Shown in pieces: positions 53,831-64,000 of a stretch of 64,000 bases of DNA (position 1 is the stretch's first letter; every line of letters starts with the position of its first letter). The notes below the pieces were generated by a model. That model was given only the letters and a program-made list of their open reading frames with translations. It was not told the origin of the DNA and ran no database searches. Position numbers and translations under genes: made by a program. Location: the NCBI RefSeq assembly GCF_009914755.1, contig NC_060932.1. One strand, given 5' to 3'. The stretch is from the human T2T-CHM13v2.0 reference genome, Homo sapiens.

Positions 53831-54779
53831 TATCTTTAGACATTGACGTGACCTCTTATCTTAAATACTGATATGAGCAGCAGCTTCCTTTTAAGAGAGA
53901 GACTCCAAGGAGAATGTTATCTTGCCCAAAGGAAAGTGGAAGGATGCAACTTTTATATTCAATTATTCCATTTTTTTCTTAAAATAGATGAAGCAATCTT
54001 GGGAAGAATATTTATTTTTTCTTGCTATATCATCAGACTTCCATGGACCACTCACCAAGACAAATGTACACCCCCACTGAAAGTCTTTACTCTCTCCTTA
54101 AGCAAATTTGTAGTTGAATTACAATCTTTCCTTTATTTTGGTAGCCTGGGAAATCTTCTCCTATTCCATCACTGTCTGTGCCGTAGAAATAATGCACATA
54201 GTGAACATGAGCAATACTTAAAAATAAGAACTAGACTATAAGTTATATTTTTCCATGTTTAGATTTATCTTAAAATGAGTCATTCACCAGTGTAATACAG
54301 AGTATTTGATAACTTGCATTCACTACAAAAGTCAAGATTTTCTCTAGACAATTAGACTGAACCTGTTATTTACTGCTTGCTAAAGTAGGTGAATATTCAA
54401 GTTCACTAAACTAAGGTCTAATATTATTCTTCATTAAAAACCCTCCACTTAAAGGAAAAATGTACTTCTAGAGAGCTGAGGCTCTGTGCTTTTATTTTGC
54501 TATCTGTGAATGGACACTGGAACCCCAGATATTTTTCACAGGTGCTGATTATAAATTAGGAATTAGGGAAGATAAGCAGCCAGAGACACTAATATGCCTG
54601 CAAGAACCACCACCCCCCCTCTGGAAAAAAATCTTTCTGTCTCAAAACCAAATTCTTTAAGATCTGCTCTCTCAAGGTCAGTCTAATTCAAAGAATAACT
54701 AGGATTTTTTCCACTGCCTTATTGAAGCAAATGACTTGCACATTTTTAAGGAGAGGAAAACTCTTTTAAATTATAAACA

Positions 54780-55300
54780 AAGTTGAAAGATAAGAGACTG
54801 ATGAAAAACAAATGCACAACGCATGTGACAATAAAGGCTTAATATCTATATTATATACAGAGTGCCTAGATATAATTAAGTGAAAGATAAACACTCCCAT
54901 ATTAACATAGGTAATATGGGCTGGGTGCAGTTGTTCACGCCTGTAATCCCAGCACTTTGAGAAGCTGAGGCAGGAGGATTGCTTGAGCCTAGGAGTCCAA
55001 GACCAGCCTGGAAAACACAATGAGACCCTGTCTCAAAAAACAAAATAGGTAATGTGTATGAATAGGCAATTAATCCTAAAAGACAAATGATCAAGATATT
55101 AAATAGAAATTTGACCACAATAATAATCAAAGAGTTTCTAATTGAAATAATATATTTTTCTCGCTTGTCAAAGTAGAAAATATTTGTCCAATATTTTTTT
55201 CAAAGACAATTTCCAGTATTGAAAAGCGTTTAGGAAGTAAGGCATTCTCATATATTACTGGTTGCAATGCATCTTGCTCTTTTGGGATAGCAAAGCATAT
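54780..55300 (+). mobile_element. Ancient L1 ORF2 3' fragment
   Basis: gtgacaataaaggcttaatatcta; aggcattctcatatattactggttg. Confidence 0.55.
54919..55044 (+). mobile_element. FLAM_C (free left Alu monomer)
   Basis: Single left monomer with A-tail; TSD ataggtaatatg / ataggtaatgtg. Confidence 0.9.
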
Positions 55301-55320
55301 TTATATGTAATACGTATTTA

Positions 55321-58300
55321 GAGGAAGGCAGAGAAAGATGGTGGAATAGAAGGCTCCACCGACCTTACCCCAACCCCTGCAAGGACATCAATTTAACAAC
55401 TATCTACACAGAAAAAAATCATCTTAATTAAGAACTATAAATCAGGTGAGCCATCATAGTACCTTGTTTTATCTTCATATTGATAAAAGAGGCACTAAAG
55501 AGATAGAAAAAACAGTCTTGAATTGCCAACACCACCACCACCATCCATAGCAATGGCCTGGTGCAGAGAGCATCTCTGGGCACTGGGGGAGGAAAATCAT
55601 AGCAACTGTGAAGCATTGAACTCAGTGCTATCCTGGTAGAGCAGAAAGAAAAATCAGATCAAACTCAGCTGACACCCATCCATGGAGGGAACATTTAAAC
55701 CAGCCCTAGCCAGAGGGGAATCACCAATCCCAGCAGTCCGAACTTGAGTTCTCACAACACAGAGGGATACAGTGCTCTGTGTCACTAAGTAAACTTGAAA
55801 GGCAGTCTAGGCTAAAAGAACTGCAACTCTTAGGTGAATCCTAGTGCTGAACTGGGCCCAGAGTCAGGGAACTGGGGAAGCACGTGACAGTGAGACACCA
55901 GCAGGGGCAGTAAAGAGAATGTTGGCATCACCCCTCCCTCAACCCCAGGCTGCACAGCTCATGACTCTGAAAGAGACCCCTTCCTTATGCTTGAGGAGAG
56001 GGAAGAGAGGGGAGGAATTTGTCTTGCATCTTGGATACCAACTCAGCCATAGCAGGATAGGGCATGGATCAGAGTTGGGAGGCTCCCATTTCAGGCCCTA
56101 GTTTTTCGACGACATTTCTAGACACACCCTGGGACAGAGGGGAGCCCACTGCCTTGAAGGAAAGGACACAGTCCAGGCAGCATTCATTACCGGTTAACAG
56201 AAGAGACCTCAGGCTCTGAATAATCAGCAGTGATACCCATATACTACATTGAAAGCCTTGGGTGAGCCTCTGAGACTTGCTGGCTTCAGATGAGACTTGA
56301 CACATAACTGGCTGTGGTGGATATGGGGAAAAACTCCTTTTGCTTGAGAAAAGCAGAGGGAAAAGTAAAGGTGACTTTGCCTTGCACCTTAGGCACCAGC
56401 ACAGCCACAGTGGGGTAGAGTAACAAGCAGGCTCTCAGGGTCCCCAATTCCAGGACTTGACACTTGTACAGCATTTCTGGACCTTCCCTAGGCCAGAGGG
56501 GAGCCCACTGTCTTGAAGGATAAGTCCCAGGTCAGGCAGCATTCACAAGCTGACTTAAGAGACTTTGAGTCTTAAAGAAACATTGGCATTAGACTGGCAG
56601 TACTCCTTATGACCTGTGTTGATGGCGGCTATGGAGTGAGGCTCCTCTGCCTTTGGAAAGGGGAAGGAACAGCGTCTTGTGGTTTGAGTGCCAGCTCAGC
56701 TGCAATACAATAGAACACTAGCTAGACTTCTAAGGTTTTTCACTCTAGTTCCTGACTCCTGGATAGCACCACCGGACCCACCCAGTGCCTGGGAGACCTG
56801 GCTGCCCTGAAGTGAGAGACACAGGCCTGGCTGGTTTTGCTACCTGATGATTGTAGAGCCCCAGGGCCTGGAGCAAACATAGGCTGTAGTCAGGAAGTTG
56901 TTATAGCAGGCCTTGGGTGAGACCCAGTGCTGTGGTGGCTTTAGGTCTGAGCCAACATAGTCATAGTAGTGGTGGTCATAGAGAGGTTTGTGTCACTCCA
57001 CCTCAAGCTTTAGGTAGCTCAGAACAGAGAAAGAGAGACTCTGTATGTTTGAGAGAAAGTAAGGGAAGAGAGCAAGAGTCTCTGCCTGATAATCCAGAGA
57101 ATTCCCCCAGATATTGTCCAAGACCATAAGACCATCAAGGCAGTACCTCTACAAGTCTGCAAGAACCACAGTATTACTGGGCTTGGGGTGCCCCCTACAG
57201 CAAATACAGCTTGGATCACAACACCCAGGTCTTTTCAAATATCTGGAAGGAAAGCCTTCTGTATTCGCATGTTCTCTCATTGCTATAAAGAACTACCTGA
57301 AACTGGGTAATTCATAAAGAAAAAGGGTTTAATTGACTCACAGTTCCACTGGTTATACATGAAGCATGGCTGAGAAGATCTCAGGAAACTTTCAATCATG
57401 GCAGAAGGCAAAGGGGAATCAGACACATCTTATATGGCCAGAGAAATAGGAAGAGAGAGAGGGGGAATGTGCCATACATGTTTAAACAACCAGATCTCAT
57501 GAGAACTCGCTCACTATCACAAGAACAGCAAGGGAGAAATCTGCCCCCATGATTCAGTCATCTCCCACCAGGCCCCTCCTCCAATATTGAGGATTAAAAT
57601 TTGACATGAGATTCACCTTCCCAAAAAAGATAGGTACAAACAAGCCCAGACAATGAAAACTACAATACCTAAGTCTTCAATCTCCAGACACCAAAGAATT
57701 CAATACAATCCAGGAAAGCATAACCTCACCAAATGGACTAGATAAGCCACCAGGGACCAATCCTGGAGAAACAGAGATATGTAATCTCTCAGATAGAGAA
57801 TTCACAATAGCTGTTTTGAGGAAACTCAAAGAAATTCAAGATAACAGAGAAGAAAGTCCCAATTCAATCACATAAATTTAACAAAGAGATTAAAATAATT
57901 AAGAAGAATCTGGAGCTGAAAATTCTGGGGCTGAAAAATGCAACTGGCATACAGAAGAATGCATCAGAGTCCTTTAATAGCAGAATTGATCAAGCAGAAA
58001 AAGCACAGTCAAAGAAGAATAATAAAAAACAATGAAGCATGCCTGCAGGATCTAGAAAATGCCTCAAAAAGACAAATCTAAAAGTTATTGGCCTTAAAGA
58101 GGAGGTAGAAAAAGAGACATGGGTAGAAAGTTTATTTAAAGGGATAATAACAGAGAACTCCCCAACCCTAGAGAAAAATATCAACATCCAAGTACAAGAA
58201 GGTCAGAACACCAAGCAGATTTAACCCAAAGCAAATTATCTCAAGGCATTTAATAAACTCCCAAAGTTCAAAGATAAAGAAAATATCCTAAAAGTAGCAA

Positions 58301-59712
58301 TAGAAAATAAACAAATAACATACAATGGCACTCCAATACCTCTGGCAGCAGATTTTTCAGTAGAAACTTTATAAGCCAGGAAAGAGTGGCATGACATAAA
58401 GTGCTGAAGGAAAAAAAACTGTTACCCTAAGATAGTATATCCAGTGAAAATATCCTTCAAACATGGAGGAGAAGTAGACTTTCCCAGAAAAACAAATGCT
58501 GAGGGATTTCATCAATCCATCCCACAAGAAATGCTGAAGGGAGTACTTCAATCAGAAAGAAAAGGATGTTAATGAGCAATAAGCAATCACCTGAAGGTAC
58601 AAAACTTACTGGTAATAGTAAGTACACAGAAAAGCACAAAATATTATAACACAGTAACTGTGATGTGTAAACTACTCTTATCTTAAGTAGAAAGACTCAG
58701 TGATGAACCAATCAAAAGTAATAACTGCATCAACTTCTCAAGACATAAGCAATACAATAAGATGTAAATAGAAACAACTAAAAGTATAAAAGACAGAGGG
58801 AATGAAGTTAAGGTGCAGAGTTTTTATTGGTTTTCTTTTTGCTTGTTTGTTTATGCAAATAGTGTTAAGTTGTTCTCAGGTTAAAATAACGAATTATAAG
58901 ATATTATTTGCAAGGCTTATGGTAACTTCAAGCCAAAAAACATACCGTGGATACACAAAAAATAAAAAGCATGAAACTAAACCACATCACCAGAGAAAAT
59001 CACCTTCACTAGAGGGAGACAGGAAGGAAAGAAATAAGGAAAAAAAGACCACAAAACAGAAAACAAATAACAAGATAGCAAGAGTAAGTCCTTTCTTGTC
59101 AATAATAACATTGAACGTAAGTGAACTAAACCCTCCAATTAAAAGACAGAGTGGCTGAGTGGATGAAAAAACAAGACCCAATGATCTGTTGCCTACAAGA
59201 AACATACTTCACCTATACTCACAGAGATAGACTGAAAATAAAGGGATGTAAAAAGATATTCCATTTCAATGGAAACCACAAAAGGACAGGAATTGCTATA
59301 CGTATATCAGACAGAATGAATTTCAGGACCAAAACAATAAGAAGAGACAAAAGTTACAATATAATGATAAAGGGGTCAATTCAGCAAAAGGATATAACAA
59401 TTTTAAATATATATTTACCCAACACTGGAGCACCCAGATATATAAAGCAAATATTATTAAAGGCCCCAAAACAATAGCTGGAGACTTCAACACCCAGCTA
59501 CTTTCAGCACTGGACAGATCTTCCAGACAGAAAATCAACAAAGAAACATCAGGCTTAGTCTGTACTATACACCAAATGTATCTAATAGATATTTACAGAA
59601 CATTCATTCAATGGCTGCAGAATGCACATTCTTTTCCTCCAAACATGGATCATTCTCAAAGATAGACCACATGTTAGGTCACAAAACAAGTCTTAAAACA
59701 TTTTTAAAAAAT
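55321..59712 (+). mobile_element. L1M/L1MA 5' half: long 5' UTR, ORF1, inter-ORF and EN region; 3' part lost
   Basis: Start aagatggtggaatagaagg; repeated ggggagcccactgccttgaagg units; ORF1 remnant NLKVIGLKEEVEKE..VESLFKGIITENSPTLEK; ORF2 remnant MICCLQETYFT...NIYLPNTGAPRYIKQILL. Confidence 0.9.
57260..57615 (-). mobile_element. MSTA-type solo LTR inside the L1 5' UTR
   Basis: tgtatt...gctataaagaactacctgaaactggg...ttgacatgagattca; perfect TSD ccttc; ~25 bp missing just inside one terminus. Confidence 0.92.
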
Positions 59713-59714
59713 TA

Positions 59715-60075
59715 AATACATAATATATATTTAATGTATATTTAATAGTTTAGTGTATATATTATGCTTACATTTATGAATATATATTTATATATTGTAA
59801 AGGCATCTAACATACACATTTGTATGATAGGCCCATTAATTTTTATATTACATATTTATTTGTAAATGCATATATATTTTAAAGGCATATAGATTCGAAG
59901 ACATGCCTATATTTATATCATGTATATTAATTTATGTATTATATATTATTTTCTATTTCTATACATTTCAAAAGCATATAGAGGAAAATCATATCTCTTT
60001 ATGCTATATACATTATATAATATGTATGCATATGAATTTATATATTACATGGTTAATTTTAAAGATATATTTGTA
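59715..60075. repeat. AT-rich low-complexity tract
   Basis: Degenerate (TA)n/(TATG) sequence directly after the L1 break. Confidence 0.75.
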
Positions 60076-60608
60076 TTCTGCTACCATTTTGTGGCAAGCT
60101 AATTGTAGATATGTTGATTTGAGAATCTGGATTTTTTTAAGTGGTTGACTTGTATGCACGTAGACAAAGGCATCTTGGGATTCTTCTTAGAATCTTTGAT
60201 GCCATGTACACTTGTGGAAATCATGGTGAACACAATTCCTCAACTAATCAACAAAACCAGATGTATTCCCAGCATTACAGGTCCTCCCTTTACAAGCACA
60301 ATAAATGAGATTTTCTTCCAATTAGATGTTTTCTTAGCAAAATAGCTATTTTGAAGACGTCAACTTTACAATTTCCAAAAAAGATCTCCAAAATGCAAGT
60401 TGTTTTCTGACATCAGTACGTGCATAATATATGAAAATCCAAAAATGAAGTCACTCAGACATCTGCACATTCACCCAACATATATTTTCCTTCCAGTTGT
60501 ATGTTGAAGGAAAATGGAGTAGCTTCCAATTCCTTCATTACTCACTTCAAATTATTGAAGTAAATGTCACCAATTCTAGAGCATTTTACATCATTTAACA
60601 GAAACTAC

Positions 60609-60910
60609 AGCCAGGTGCAGTGGCTCACGCCTGTAATCCCAGCACTGTGGGAGGCCAAGATGGGTGGATCGCTTGAGGTCAGGAGTTCAAGACCAGCTTG
60701 GCCAACTTGGTGAAACCCCATCTGTACTAAAAATACAAAAATTAGCTGGGTGTGGTGGTGCACACCTGTAGTCCCAGCTACTCGGGAGGCTGAGACAGGA
60801 GAATTGGCTGAACCCAGGAGGAGGAGATTGCAGTGAGCTGAGACATGCCACTGTACTCCATCCTGGATGACAGAGAGAGACTCTGTCAAAAAAAAAAAAG
60901 AAAGAAAGAA
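60609..60910 (+). mobile_element. AluS (Sz-like) with A/(GAAA)n tail
   Basis: Full dimer; TSD agaaacta (60600-60607, 60911-60918). Confidence 0.95.
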
Positions 60911-61649
60911 AGAAACTAATTCTTTTCTCACTCTGCTCCAAGCTACAAATAAGCTCCACCGTTTCCAGAGCAAAAGGATTCACCTGAGTCACTGATTACA
61001 TGTCTTCCTTTACTTGGCATTGTAAAAAGCAGCTATGTAGGAGGCATCAGGAAAGCTAGGAATTAAAGAAAAGCTAAGTCTTGGTACAATTCTAGACTTC
61101 AATTTGAGTCTTTTTCAAAAATCATTTTTTATCTGTTTTTGATTGACCGATATAATGGGCTCATTGGTTCTGAGGGCTTTATGCTTCCATTATATGTCTT
61201 TCCATGAAAGAAATACTCAAGCTTTTATGTCTCATCATATTTGTGGTAAAAGTAAGATGAATGAATGCATCGGCTAAATTATACTTTCTTTGCTTTAACA
61301 TCTTAAACTTTACCTTAAGCCTAATACCAATAGAGATAGGTCCCTGTAATGTAATATCCTAATTACATTTTACACAATATCAGTGGAAAGTAATCGTAGA
61401 CATAACTTATCAAAGTTGGTGACTGTTAGTACTAAAGAATTTAATAACATTTGTTTAAACTGTAACTTAGATAGCATAATATTAAAAATAATTTTAAAGA
61501 AGAAAATATTCAAAATTCCAGAAGAAGAATGGGAACACTGTTTCACCCAGCTCATTGTGAATCTCAACATATCCTGGAACGAATAGGGATTCACAAAATT
61601 GTATAAACTGAAACCCAAACTCCTTATCACTTTGTAATGACCCAAAGCA

Positions 61650-62165
61650 ACAAACACTTACTGAACAGTTGTTGAATGCCTTTGCCATCCCCGTGTTTAC
61701 AAAATTGAGTAAGATACCACCTTTATCCTTGAAAAATTTATAGTCCAGTAGGAGACACACGTACTTAAAGTGATCATTTTGATATAATATTATAATCAGT
61801 AAAATAAAGGTAAGTAAAAATTAGGCTATGGAAGCCTAGAAAAGGAGAATTGAGCCTTCAAGGAAAAGTTCCCAGAGAAGATGATGCCCCAACCAATACT
61901 TAGAAATGAAAATAACTAAGAAAGAAAACGTGAAGAGGGCATTCTAGCTAGAGCAAACTTCAAGAACATACGCATACAAGTATGAAATAACAGAATATAT
62001 ACAAGAAATAATGGGCGTCTCAAAGAAAAAGAGTAGGGAGAATGTTACAAATGAATCATTTTTGAAATCTAAATTATTTAAAACCTAACAATTAATTGGA
62101 TGTGAGTACTGAGAGAGAGGAACTAGTCTAAGGTGACTTCCAGGTTTCTGTCTTAACTCAGGCTG
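61650..62165 (-). mobile_element. L2 LINE 3' region
   Basis: caacaaacacttactga; tttatagtccagtaggagac; gagggcattctag; ttggatgtgag...agtctaaggtgacttccaggtttctg. Confidence 0.7.
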
Positions 62166-62829
62166 ATATCTTACCTACCTTTTTATCTCCCATTAACTCC
62201 CATCACAGAAAACATAATGTGTAATAAAGAATAGATTTACAGACAGAATATGCCTACTCTGGAAAACCGGACCCACTACTTTTCATCTATCCAAATGATA
62301 CCCATTTTTCAGGGCCCAGCTTAAGTACTGACTTCCTCACTATCCATCACCACCTCCAAGACTTCTTTGTTCTCTCCTTACTCTGACCAAGCACATTACC
62401 TGATGTCTAAAATCACACATTTGGGGGTTCACCATAAATTACTCTTTCATTATATTATGCCATTTTTTGCTTTTCAGAATAAAAGTAGCCTAATTATCAG
62501 AGTTAGTTGGATTTTTAAAATAATCTTTTATGCGTTAAATTCTTCAGATGTGAAGTGTATAAAGAAAAAAATAAAAATAACTTAAAATACCATCACCAGA
62601 AACAAACATCATTCACAGTTTGCTATGTATACTTCCAGACATATCCCAGTGAGTATATGATTTTACATAAGCAGACGGAGAACTCTAATACTCTTCACAA
62701 ACTGCTTTTTTCTCTCCGTGACATGTTAATTGCTTTAGATCCATACCACTTTATTTAGAAGCTGCAGAGTATTCCATTTTATGGATGTGCCCTGTTTCTT
62801 CTTTGCTATTCTTTCTCTAATGTCTAAAG

Positions 62830-64000
62830 CTTAGATACTTAACATTTAATGTTACTTATTTAATAATATATGTATTTAAGGCTGTAAATTTCTCTATAAG
62901 CACTGCTTTAGCTGCATCACAAATTTTGGTATGCTGTGCTTCCAGATTATTTATTCCAAAATATTTTATAAAATCAATTTGGATTTCTTCTTTGACTAAT
63001 AGTTTAAGTAGAAGTGTACTGATTAAATTCCAGACACATAGGAATTTTATAAATTATCTTTTTGCTATTTATTTCTAGTTAATTCTGCTGAGGTTCAAAA
63101 ACATATTGCTTATGATTTTAAATTTTTGAAATTTGTTAAAACTTGCTTTATGGCCAGTATGCTAAATTTTGATAAATTGTGTATATATACTATAAAGAAT
63201 GTGTATTCTTTTAGTTAGTAGATGCAATGTTCAATAAATGTTAATTAGGTCAATTAGATTTGTAACCCATGTCACTTGAAATCTTCTATACCCTTGTGGA
63301 TATTTACCTATTTGTTCTATCAGTTATCAAGACAGCTGTTTAAAATTTCCTACTATGATATTGGATTTATCTATTTTGCTTTTAATTCTGACAAATTTTG
63401 TGTCCTTTATATTTTTTCTCTGCTGCCTAAATCAGCAATGTGTTCTATATTTTGAGGTTGTTCTTAGGTGCACACAAGTTTAGACTAGCTACACTTTTCT
63501 GTCAAGTTGTAGTTGTATTACTATTAAATGTATTTTGTGTCTCTAGTAGTTCTTTTTTCATTGCTGTCTAATTTGCTTGGTAACAATATAGGTGCAGTAT
63601 CTTTCTTTTACTTAGTATTTATTGCATAATATATGTTTTTCATCTTATTATTTTCAATCTTTGCTACATCCTCATATTTTATTTCTTTTAAACAAGTATA
63701 TAATTAGGTTTGGAATTTATCTAGTATGTTAAGCTTTGCCTTTTAATTATATTATTTAGTCCACTAACACTTCATGTTAATATATTTCACTTACACATAA
63801 TGTAACTTACACGTTAGTATATTTGACTTTAAACCTACTATGCTGTTATTTTTTCTGTTTCTGCTTCTTTACTTTCTTGCCTGATTTAGGGTTGATTATA
63901 CATAGTTATAATTCTATTATTCTCTTATTAGCTTGGTGCTTATGCATTGTCTTAATGATCTTTTAGTGGTCACCCTAGAAATTAAAGCTTGAATCCTCGA
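62830..64000 (-). mobile_element. Ancient L1M ORF2 5' region, runs off the window
   Basis: taaggctgtaaatttctctataagcactgctttagctgcatc; aagaatgtgtattct; tgtttaaaatttcctactatgat. Confidence 0.8.

Noticed and set aside
53873-54241. 122-aa plus-strand ORF in non-repeat DNA
   Set aside because: F/L/I-rich composition typical of AT-rich non-coding sequence; no recognisable homology.
60605-60992. Alu-derived ORFs (also 9188-9454, 20903-21112, 44389-44729, 53386-53742)
   Set aside because: These are standard antisense Alu translations, not genes.
61500-61590. KIPEEEWEHCFTQL resembling a mariner transposase C-terminus
   Set aside because: The match is too short, with no TIR, DDD motif or flanking homology visible.

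Overview
This is AT-rich, CpG-poor primate (catarrhine, human-like) genomic DNA, intronic or intergenic, and more than half of it is transposable-element debris. It contains a full-length but frameshifted L1PA7-like LINE (44893-51270, minus strand), a nested L1MA/L1PB/L1PA cluster (6345-13822), and a four-level nest of old L1 > Tigger2a > L1PB4 > Alu plus L1PA6 (~24300-31570). Also present are the 5' half of an L1M/L1MA (55321-59712), eight Alus, two Alu monomers, solo LTRs (MST, THE1B/D, MLT2A1, MLT1, one ERV1-like), a MADE1, and MIR, L2 and MER fragments. No host protein-coding gene, RNA gene or CpG island can be supported, and every long ORF in the track derives from L1, Alu or LTR sequence or is a chance ORF. 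I found no novel multi-gene system. The best observations are mechanistic footprints: a locally templated 70-bp LTR copy, repeated use of one L1-internal target site, an orphan ~117-bp retro-insertion, a snap-back filler and head-to-head L1s. There are also a few candidate plus-strand exons. Subfamily names come from recalled consensus sequences, not from a search, and boundaries without TSDs are approximate.
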